A DNA stretch of 63,770 nucleotides, counting the filler, from Octopus bimaculoides (Eukaryota): assembly GCF_001194135.2 (NCBI RefSeq). It is 3 parts of 3 records of this genome, joined end to end, with 100 filler letters (N's around TTAATTAATTAA, not from the genome) between each part and the next. Parts side by side here need not be neighbours in the genome. Positions count along the whole stretch, not along the records: positions 35,875 to 63,770 come from NC_068983.1; 2 more parts are not named here. One strand, given 5' to 3'. Of the stretch, positions 38,716-50,900 are shown in pieces. The translations under genes and the position numbers were made by a program. How positions within the stretch are numbered: the first letter of the stretch is position 1; each line of letters opens with the position of its first letter. The notes beneath the pieces are model-generated. The model was not told the DNA's origin, searched no databases, and was given only the letters and a program-made list of their open reading frames with translations.

Positions 38716-41257
38716 TGATTGTCCTATCAGGTGCCAGTGCCACTTAAAAAGCACCCATGCTGGTGGCACATAAATAACACCAAGCAGACTCTGTTAAGTG
38801 GTTGGCGTTAGGAAGGGCACCCAACCATAGAAGCCATACCACAACAGAGAGTTGCCCTGTCAAGCATGGAAAGCGGACGTTAAACGATGATGGTGAAATA
38901 ACATAGTTACATCATTCCAAAAACAATGTGCTTTACAATCAGTTACTTAAGTAAGGGACATAACTAATACATTTTTAATTGAAATTATTGTCCTTGCAAA
39001 TGCTAAAAAACCAGTACGGCACTCGAATGTTAAAACAATTGAAGCGTTGAACTGTATAGCCGTAACAAAATTACTTGGGTGACATAAGTAAAGATATAAT
39101 AAAGAATTTTGGAGGAAGAAATGAATTTTCATCCTGGAAAAAAATCAATGTATTTCTTTTTCTTTCTCCAAGATGGAGAAAGTAAGTGCAATAATAAAGA
39201 AATTGATGCACTGATTTTGTTAACCATTATTGAGCTCACTTGTCTACTCTTGATAGCATAGATTTTATTAAAAAGCAGCAGCAACAACAACAACAACCAT
39301 GCCTTTATATAACAGTAGGATATTCTTTAAAATAATTTATAACAAGTAGAAAAAATATATAAATAAAAATATATCGAAGACAAAATTCTTAGATTCAACA
39401 TTTTAAGACTGGACATAATGAGGATAAAGACAGAATAGAGATCAGAGCAGAATGGAAATATAGGTAAAATCGAGATAACAAATGGTCTGAGAGGATTATC
39501 GAAATAAGATGGTAAAAAAAAAAAGACACTCTTTTCTCTATAACTGAACAACGATTTAAGATGACAAAAGAAAAAAAAGTCTTTTAAGCGATTTCCCCTT
39601 GATATGTTGAATTTAGCTTTGTTTATTTCTCTCAATGTCTGCTGTGGTGACGATTCCAAAGAAGGATGAAAAAGTGCTACACATGGCTACTAATGATTAG
39701 AACTTTCAGCAACTTTATAATGTGTCGGAGGAAAACAATAAATTAAATGTCTCCGTTCTGTACGACTTCCTTACTTTTTCATGTAAATTCCACAACTCAG
39801 CTTAATCGACAAGTAATTGTCTCCCCTTACGATAAGTTAATCGCCAAGATCACACCACATTGTCAATATATATATTTGCCTTAGAGAAACTAATGAAAAT
39901 ATTTTCCTGATTTGATGTATTCAGTTAAAAAAAAAAAAAAAAAACTATAAATGATAATGGTTTGAGCTGATATAAAAAATAAAATAAAACCAGAATTTCA
40001 GCAAAGATGCAAAAAAATGTGATTGAGTGCAAATAAACAGTACAAGAAAACTGAACATTAAAAGCTTTCCGTGATGTCTGGATTGGTTTTGTTTCAGGTA
40101 TTATCAAATGAATTTGGCCTCATAGAGACGATGATGTAGGATAGGGAGATGCAACAAAGCGTTGTGTATTACGTATAATATAGGGAATGTAAAAAATCAT
40201 TGATGATCACCATGATAAGGGTGATTATGATAAACAACAAGCTTATGCCTTTCTATAACAGAAAGGATATTCTTAAAACTAATTTATAACAAGTAGAAAT
40301 AAATAAATAAATAAAATAAATAAGTAAAAATATATCAAAGACGAAATTCTTAGATTCAACATTTTACAAATGGACATAATGAGGATAAAGACAGAATGGA
40401 AATATAGGTAAACTCGAGGTGACAAATGAGGTCTCCTGAACCATTTCAGCAATGAGAGGATTGTTAAAATAAGATTAATGAATTTCATTTGTTTATCATC
40501 ACTGATTCTTCCAAGACAACACAGTATGTTCAATTGTGAACTGTATATTATGCTTATCACAAACTGATATGTGATAAACATATGTCAGTGATCAGTCAAA
40601 AATTCTGCTTTGGCCACCCCCATGTACACTCACAATGATTAGCTACCCAAAATGCACTGATGTGTTTATATGATCATGCAACATAGCTGCATACTTTATT
40701 TTATATGGACTTATGCACTCATACCTATCAATATGGGACCAGTGAACAGAAAGAAAGACAAAGAAACCTGATCCTAATGAGTGATGCAGATAAGTACTGT
40801 ATTTTAATGTGTATAATTGACCCTTTTTTGTCAAAAATTAAGTTAAAAAAAAAATGAGAGTTTCTTATCCATGGATAGTATAATAATCCCTTACAAAACT
40901 TTTTTTTCCAAATTCAAAGCCCCCAAAATTAGGCGGTTCCTTATACACATTAAAATATGGTATATTCTCTACATGAAAAGGCAGAGATGATCAGATAAAT
41001 ACATAAAGTGGAAGCTTCATTGTCGTGGGCCACAAGTGGTGTCAATGAACCCATCATTCATTCCATTTAAAAAGTGTGTGGAGTTGATTTATTTATCACT
41101 ACTTTTTAGCAGAAAACTGATATTTAGTGTATCTATCCCCATGATAAATGAGGATAAATGCACTAAATATCAATTTATCAAACCAAAATGATAAATGAAT
41201 GAGTCAAAATTTAAAAAGCCTTGAGATAAGTTTTCCTTTTGCCTTGTTTGTAGATTC

Positions 41258-41398
41258 CTAATTTTGTTTGCGACCAATACCAGGATAAAAATATAAATGT
41301 GGTTTTCTAAGAGTGCTTTTGAATTCAGACATTTGCTTGGCACCATTTAAGCCAGTTGAAGGATTCAAGGATGTTCTTTGGGAAACCATACTGTTCAC
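41258..41398 (-). CDS. CASP2: Caspase-2 last coding exon (VNSMV...GRKQN*)
   Basis: tttcattttcag acceptor. TAG stop at 41260-41258. Confidence 0.93.
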   Translation of the reverse strand: MNSMVSQRTSLNPSTGLNGAKQMSEFKSTLRKPHLYFYPGIGRKQN

Positions 41399-41953
41399 CT
41401 GAAAATGAAACCAAAATAAATTCATATAATCAACAGAATTATGAAGTGAACATTAAATATTTCAATACAAACCTATGAATAAAACCAATAAGAATATTAA
41501 CAGATTTCTCTTGACAAAATAACTTACAAAGTCAATTGAATTGATCCAGAATGTTACTGGTACCTGCTGACCATAGAAGGATGACTGCTTAAGTCATATC
41601 TCAGAATTTCAAACCAAAATATCAGGCTGAAAATCACCACCAATGCCAACATCATATCAACATCAACTTTTTCATGCCGTCATGGGTCAGATGGAATTTT
41701 TTGGGGTAGATTTTCTATGGCTTGATACCCTTCCTTTTACCAACATCACCTGTTTCCAAACAAGGTGAGATTCCTCCATATATATATATATTTTTTTTTT
41801 CTCCGTGTTTTTCTCCTTGTCTCCGTATTCTTTCTGTTGAAGAGCGTAGCTCGAAACGTCAAAGACTTTCCGTATTCCCGAGCGTCATACTAATATATAC
41901 TTTTGTTATTTACACCACCTGTCCTCGTCTGTTGTTATTATTTGTATATTCTC

Positions 41954-41988
<35 letters not shown>

Positions 41989-44900
41989 TTCAAGGAGATA
42001 TTCTGGTGGTCACTGTGATTCCCCTTAAATTGGTCTTATATGCTGGCTAACCTTGTTAGACTCTGGTAATTATTCCCACTTGGTAAACTCGAGTGTCCTA
42101 TTCGGGACTGCATAGAGTCTGTAGAGTAAGTAATAGTATTAATAATGATCAGGAGAATGGAAATTTTTCCACATCTACAATTTTATTAAACAATTATTTA
42201 CAGCATTCTTCCGTGGACTACAGCTTCTCTTCAAATGGCAGTAAATAATGGACTCTGATGAAACTACTGAAAATGGTATTAGGAGGATGCACATTTAACA
42301 GTGTGCAATCAATGCAATTGAAATGCATATAGGGCCATAAAAGAATACTGTAAATAACTGTTTAATAAAATTATAGATGTGGAAAGAATTTCTGTTCTCC
42401 TAATCATCTACTATAATAATACTCTTGTGTATTTCTCTGTCACAGCATATGAATGAGAGAGGAAGGGGTGATGGCAAACTTGGTAGTGGGATGATGGAAG
42501 TTCTACAGTGAAAAAAAAATCAAACAGCGTTTCAACTCTGCGTGAGTATATGTGTGTGTGTGTGTGTGTGCAATGGAAGTGGGATGGTGAACATATAGTA
42601 TAGGGTCAATGACAACAGCTGAGGGGCCTTACCTGAAGGCAAGGAGTGAGGGAGGTCAAATGAATCAGAGCAGGACCAGCAAGGGTCTTTCACTTCAAGG
42701 CAGTTGTGGTGTACAGACATGTGTAGACACATGGACTGGAGGGAATTTGCTGAGATTCTGGCCAGAGGTTAGGCAGAACAAAGTCATCAGCATAGAGGAG
42801 CTTCCAGGGACAGCCTGTCTTAAATTCCTCTGTTATTACCTGGAGGACTATGATGAACAAGAGGAGGCTGAGCACTGATCCTTGGTGAACTCCTACTTGT
42901 ACCCTGAATTCTTCACTGTACTCATTGCCAACCCTCACCTTACTGACAGTATCCCTGTACATGGCTCGTACAGCTCTCACCAGCTACTCATCTATCCCTA
43001 GTTTCTGCATTGACCACTAGATAAGGGATTGGGGGACTCTGTCAAAGGCTTTCTCCATGTCAATGAAAGCCGAAATATTTCTCCTGTAGCTGCCTTACCA
43101 GAAATATAACATCAGTGGTACTTCTCCCTGACACAAAACTAAACCGCATCTCATCTAGACTAACTCTCTCCCTAATTAGCTATGACCCTCTCCATATCTT
43201 TTGTCACCTGATCCAACAATTTAATACCTCTGTAATTATTTCTATCAAAGGCATCAGCTTTACCTTTGTAGCAGTTGACTATGGAGCTGCTACACCAGCC
43301 ATTGGGCATGACTTCTTTGTAAACCACCTGATTTACAATATGGGTGACTAGGCCATAACTCACACTGCCAGATATTTTAAGCATCACAGCAGTGATTCCT
43401 GATGGACTGGGGGGCTTCCCCTGTCTCCATGTCCTTAATTGCTTTATCTACCTAGATACTGTCAGTTCAGATAGCTGGTCCCTCAATTGGGTCAATCTTT
43501 GGCAGACTCTCCTCCTCCCATTCATTCTCCACGTTCAGAAGTCTTTCATAGTAGCACTTCCAAGCCTCTTTCATTGCAGAATCATTAAACGCAAGTGCAC
43601 TATCATTCATGCGGATATATTTCTCTCCTGTGACATCACAATTTCCTCTCCCACACTGTCTTGCAATCTGAAACACGTCAAGTCTTTGGTCCTCACATTG
43701 CTGAACATAAGTAAACATCTTTTCTTTTTCTCCCTTGGCTAGATATACCTGTTTCCTAGGTTACCTTCTGGTTATCTGATGCAGTTCCCTGCTACCGCCA
43801 CTCTTCCAAGCCTTCCAGGCCTGTTTCTTTGCTCTAATAGCCCATGTGTATCCTTAACATAGTTCTCATGAGGATTCAGTAGGACACAGAATGTGACAAG
43901 GTTGGCCTTTGAAATTACAAGTACAACTCATCTTTGCCAGCTGAGTGAACTGGAGCAATGGGAAAATAAAGTGTCTTGCTTAAGGACACAATGTACCACT
44001 GGGAATTGAACTCACCACCTTGAGCCAAATACCCTAACCATTAAGCCATGTACCTTCAGTATAAAATACTTGTGGTGATCATCATCATCATCCAGTGATT
44101 TAAATCTGGGTTTTGTCCTTGTTAATGAGGGTGGCTGGATCTACTTCAATGCCATAGCAACTGCCCTCACACCATCTTGCCTGGTTTTGGGCGTCCTCCT
44201 TTTTCAAACCAACCCTTTCAATCTCCTCCTCCACCTTTTCCTCGGTCCACCTTGCTTTTGTGCTCCATTTACCTCAAATGCAACCACCCTCCTCAAAACT
44301 TGCTCTTCATCCCTCCTCAACACATGCCCATATCACCTCACTCCATTCGCCCTTGCCAGCCATTCCACCAATTCCTCTGACCCCAGCATTCCCATCAAAT
44401 CCTCAGTCCTCCTCCTATCAAACAGCTTCACCCCATACATTTCTCTCACCATTGCTCTCTCAGTCCTTCTATAGTTATTTTCTTTATCATTGTAGATAAA
44501 ATTTAATTACTGAAAGGTATTTACTCTAATTACAAGTATCACTGTATATTTAATGAGCAAACAAACACATACTTACCATATTTAGCATGGCACAAATATC
44601 CTTCTCCCAAGCATGTTTAGCAAAAACGTCGACAAGAGCTTGAATGAACCAACTACCTTCTTCATAGTTACGCCATGCTCGATATCCTGAAACATGGAAC
44701 AGCACATGTTAACGAAATCTGAAAAACTGTCACTGCAGTTTTACATGTAAAGACAATGATGATGACAGTGGTGGCAGCAGCAGCATTCAACCCATGCCAG
44801 TATAGAACACATATGTTAAATGCCACTAATGGCATTTGATATTTGTGTTTTATGCTGGCATGGGTTGAATGGTTTGACAGGATCTGATAAGCTAGAAGAC

Positions 44901-47900
44901 TGCATTGAGCTCCAAAGTGCTTTGGCATGTCATTTATGGCTGGATGTCCTCTACAGAGTGTACTAGGAGCTTTTTCATGGCACCGACACAAGTAAAATCA
45001 CCAAGTAAATTGCAAGACAAGACCCCTCAACTGGGTGGCCGAAGGTTAGCATCAAAGGAAGTGGCTTTCAGCCAAGTGTTGAGAGGTTGAAGTGTGGTAG
45101 AGAGAGAGAGATAGTAAGAAGTATAATGCTATAGAGGAGACACATTAGTAATTACCCCAGCTGGTAAAGGAGAAAGGATGGTGGGGATGGGATGTGAGGA
45201 TGTACCCCCGTGGTACAAAAAAGTGAATATAAGAAAGAATAGGAACAGGGGATCAAGAATAGGTGGAAAGGTAGGTTTGCGACAGAGTGAAAGGTGAGTG
45301 AAAATAGTTAGAGATGTGGGCAAAGGTGAATGCAGAGGGGGCGTGGTCAATGGTGAATTTTAGTTTGGCAGTGGAGAGGGTAAAAGAAAATATTTGAGGA
45401 TGACAAAAGTCAAGATAACTTAGACAGTAACATTTCCAACATAGTTTGAGATTAGTAGACTAGAAATATGTAATTCTAATACTTCAAGCAGGTACAAGCA
45501 ACCATGTGGTTTCAGGTTCAGTCCTACTACATGGCACCTTGAACAAGTATCATTTAATATAGCCCAAGGCCAGCCAAAGCTTTGTGAATTTGGCAGATGG
45601 AATTGTGCATGTGTTAGGAAGGACATCAAGGTGTGGAAACCATCCCAAAGCAGACAGCCAGGACTGACGCAGTCTTCTGACTTGCCAGTTCCTGTGGAAC
45701 TGTCCAACCTATACCAGCACAGAGAATGGATGTTAAACAATGACAATGGTACATATATACAAATATTTTAAATCTATATATATAAAAGAGAGATTCTGTC
45801 TATTTGTCTATCAAAATGAAAGTGAATGGTTCAAGGGAAGCTATTGTGTATATGCATCTATTATTATTATTATTATTCTGTATATATAAAAGATATGTAT
45901 CTATTATTATTAGTAGTATTCTGTATATATAAAATATATGTATCGATTATTATTATTTGTATTCTGTATATATAAAAGAGAGATTCTATCCGTTTGTGTG
46001 TTTGTTCATTTGTTTGTCTACCAGAATGACAGTGAATGGTTCAAGGAAAGTTATTATGTATATCTGTCTATCATTATTATTATCATTATTATATATATAT
46101 ATGCAACAGAGAGATTTTGAATCTTTCAATTCTCCTTTGGCATACTGCTTGTTCAAACATCAAAAGGAACAGTGACAAATGGATGTTCCACTTGACCTGC
46201 AGTCAACTGGATTCTGTAAAGCTATTCTTGTATATGATATACCCATTTTTCTAGCTTCTCAGCCTGAGAAACAGCAAAAGTAATTACCCATTCAGTGACG
46301 GGAATTACCGCTAGTATATATATATATATATATACACACACACAGATATGTATATATAATGACTAGTAAAAAGAATAAAGAGAACAAGTCATTTTACAAC
46401 TTCAGCTGCCCAGCCTACAACTTTGTTTCATCACCAATATAAGGAGATGAGCTTAATATGGTAAGCACTAGGGTTACAGATTCCAATGAGAGACATTGGA
46501 AATCCTCTTAGCCCCTTGTGGAGCATAGGTCCGGTTTCCTGGTTTCTATGACGTGTGTGTTTCCCCTAGCTGGACGGGATGCCAGTCCATCGCAGCTTCT
46601 TACTCAAGAAACAGGAAAGAATGAGAGAAAGTTGGGGCGAAAGAGTACAACAGGGGTTGCCACCACCCCCTGCCAAAGCCTCATTGAGCTTTATGTGTTT
46701 GCACTCAATAAACACACACAATGCTCGGTCTGGGAATTGAAACTGCGATCCTCCAACTGCGAGTCCGCTGCCCTAACCACTGGGCCATTGCGCCTCCACA
46801 ATGACAGACATACATACATATTATATTATATTCATCATCATCGTTTAACGTCTATTTTCCATGCTGGCATGGGTTGGACGGTTTGACAGGCCTGGAGAGC
46901 CAGCAGCTGCACCAGGCTCCAATTTGATCTGGCAATGTTTCTACAGCTGGATGCCCTTCCTAACGCCAACAACTCTGAGAGTGTAATGGGTGCTTTTTAT
47001 GTGCCACTCAGGTGGGCCTGGCATCGATCATTTTTGGATAGTGCTTTTTACATGCCACCGGCAGCATTGGCCATGTTCAGATGGTGATTTTTACATGCCA
47101 CCGGCATGGGTACCAGTCAGGGGGTACTGGCAATAGCCACGTTCGGATGGTGCTTTTTACGTGCCACCAGCATGAGGGCCAGTCAGGCAGCCCTGGCGTC
47201 AATCACATTTGGATAGGTTTCTTTATGTGCCACCGGCACAATATATATATATATATCTGAACGTGATCGATGCCAGGCCCGCCTGACTGGTCCCCATGCT
47301 GGTGGCATGTAAAAAGCACCCACTACACTCTTGGAGTGGTTGGCGTTAGGAAGGGCATCCAGCTGTAGAAACCTTGCCAGATCAGATTGGAGCCTGGTGC
47401 AGCTGCTGACTCTCCAGACTTCAGTCAAACCATCCAACCCATGCTAACATGGAAAACGGATGTTAAATGATGATGATACATAGATAGATAGATATACACA
47501 TACACACACACATAGACATGTATGTCCATGTATATGTTATGTGCATATATGTGTATATGTGTCTTCTTGTCTTGACACTGCAGCACTTTCTGTAAAGCAA
47601 CATTACCACTATATAAGTAGTGATGCTTGTTTGCATTCTTCTGTGAAAAAATGTCTAGACTAAGGGAAAAATATTACTTTGCTTGGACACATGTAAGAGT
47701 TGGTGACAGGAGGAGCATCCAAACAGAAACTTCTGCCTCAGCAAATCACAGTTGACTCATGCAAGCACAGAAAAGGAAGTAATGCACACACACACACACA
47801 CACTCTTTCTCTCTCTCTCTCTCCACCACACAGGCATATGATGATAGAAAATAGGAGACAAAATATACTAAAATAGATTTACCTTCTTGTGTTGGATAGC

Positions 47901-50900
47901 AAAATAATGAATCAGACATGGTTGGTTCTGTCTTTTGTACAGGCACATTGTCAGCAAAGTCTTCGGCAGAAACTTTCAGAGTTGGTACCCTTCTCAAATC
48001 AACATTATCTAGAAATAGAATCAAACTACCATGAAAATTTTACAATTATATGATAAGAATAAATATATTTGTTAAGTCTGGTACCTATTCTATTTCTACA
48101 GCTGGATGCCCTTCCTAACGCCAACCACTCTGAGAGTATAGTTGGTGCTTTTTACCTGCCATTGGCATGGGGGCCAGTCAGGCTGCACTGGCATTGACCA
48201 CGCTCAAATGGTGCTTTTTATGTGCTACTGGCACAGGAGCCAGTCAAGTGGTTGATATCCTCAAATAAAATTAAGGATGGAAAAAAAAAGAAATGGAATT
48301 TATGAATTACAAAGTTACACACTAAAAAATCCAATGTGTGTGTGTGAGTTTTGAATAAGTAGTATATTTATAATGAGAAGAATTATTTTTGAATGCTAAA
48401 TGTTAAAATAGCTTTGTTTAAACTTGAAAGACAGGTAAATAGTAAATGTAAATTAAAATATGTAAACATGAAATTAAAAAAAAATTTTTCTTTACCTCCA
48501 CGGCAGGACTGCATTATGAAGATTTTGGGCTTCTTCCTCAAATCTGGACATTCATCAACGTCAAACAGAGAGAAAACATCATTCAAGGGTACTTTTTCAC
48601 CATCAGTTCCAAATATGTAGCCATTAGTTCCATGACTAAATAAACAAACCACTGTAGCATCTGCATTTTTGTGTTCGGGTAAATCCTTAAATTCTCGAAC
48701 TTTAATTAAGATATTCTAGAAATAAAAATATGAAATAAATTATTTAAATTTGTTAACATGAAATACAATTAACTTTTCTATGTTAATCATCTCATAAGAA
48801 TTATGTTTACATTATAAAATTTGTATTAATTAGGACTCAACTTTCACTTGATGGCTTATTCAGGTTCCAGTCAATTAACAGTAAAAGAATTTAAGCATTA
48901 CACATACGAAGGAAGCACTACTGCTCCGCACTCCTTCTAAACATGAGCAGCACTCAGCTAGAGCCCCACAGTTGCTCCATATGCAGAGCCTGACCAAATG
49001 CAAATATATATTACAAAAGGTAGAATTTTTATAGCATTTAATATGAATTGATTTACCTCTGCTGTTAGGTTTTCATTATCATAAGAAATTACTGTAAACT
49101 GTAATTGCTTGAGTAAGTAAGACATTCTTCTATGATCAATGCTACTGCCTTCACGAGGAGCCATTCCAGCAATTTTGTTGATGTTTATTACAAGAGCCAG
49201 GCCACGGGGTATACCATCCATTTTGTAAGACTTCATTAAAAAAAGCAGAGAAACAAAGAAATGAATACCAAAAACAATAATGTTATAATGAAACTGATTA
49301 AAGAGTTGCATGTACTTGACAGCATGGCCTAGTGGTTAGGTGTGTTGCACTTACAATAATGAGATCATGATTTCAATTCCCAGACCAGCTGCACATTGTA
49401 TTCTTGAGCAAAACACTTCATTTCGCATTGCTCCTGTCCACTCAGCTGTAAATGGTTAAACCTGCAGTGGACGAGCCTTCCAATCAGGGGGAATGTTGGC
49501 CAGCTCACCTAGCCAGTAGAGTGGCATCATTTGAAAGTTAAAAAGATGCCAAGCACATTGTGACCAGTGATGTATAACAACATCTGATAGTCTGGTCGAT
49601 CACATGATAAATGTTGTAGAGTGAAACTGTACATCCCTCCCGGTAAAAAGTGGTAGTAGCCAGCCATTATAAATAGACCAGTAGCCGGTCAACAGGAGAA
49701 GGTTGACAGTACGTGTAGACTGTGTTGATAGTCATGTCTGTGCTGATACAGTAATTATACTACGATACTAAGTTGGATATTATAACGCTCCAACCTTTTG
49801 AAGATAATAACACTGTACGACTGGGAGTTGTACAGTGCTAGATAGAAACATTCTATTGACGACTTTGTAAGATAATATCTGTCAGAGCGACAACCATCGT
49901 CAAAAGACTGATACATAAGTGGTAAAAGACCGCTTTACAACATTTTTACTATGCATGCATTTCAGGTCATGGAAGCAGTGTGTGTTGTAATGTGGAATGA
50001 ATTCCCTAAGGCATCAATATACTAAAGTTTCAATGTGAAGAAGGTGACTTGGTAAAAACCTCTAAGATTATCCATCATCTTTCCAACAACTTTGGTCACC
50101 TTCTTGAATTTAATATCTCTACCACTTATGCATGTTTGTTAAAAAAACCCAAAAAACCCTGCAACACCCATGACTTTTGAAAACATCTTTTCCACACTTA
50201 GAATTGTGCAAACATGGAATAAACTATTTGCGTCAATTGTTAGCTGTCAGAACACTACATCCTTCAAAAATTCCATGCTTCCAAAAATTTGCCAACACCA
50301 CTCCTGATGTGCCTCTTTATGGCCCTTTCCCCTTTATGGCTCTTTTAATATAAGATTTTTTTTACATTTTATTTTGTGTGCTGTGAAGGCTTTCATTGCT
50401 GCCTTTCTTTACTTGACTTATCTGCTTTCTGTCCCTTCTTTTAACCTTCTCTGATGAGTTGTAGTGCATCTAAGCACAGTGTATATGTAACCTCAATATT
50501 ATTATCAAAAACCTATTTTCTCATTGACTTCTATGTTATGCATCATGGAAATCAATGAGAAAATACATTTCATGCTGCAATGCTTCTGTAAAGTGGAGAA
50601 TGTATGTACAACTAAGTTTCATTGTGTCTAAAAATCAACATTTTTATAGTAAAATATTTAGTAAATGTGAATGTTGGATAATGATAATTGATCCAAAGAG
50701 TACAATTGTGAATACAAGCAACCAAAATGAGGTTCCTCCAAAGATCTCTGGAGTCACATTACTTGACAGGGTGCATGGCATAGATATCAGTATGTCTCTC
50801 CAGGTTGAGTAGCAGCTTCTCCATACCCAGAAGTCACATCTCTGGGACTACAGACATGTGATGAGAATGTCAAAGGAAAGAATTGCAAGGGAGATTCTTC

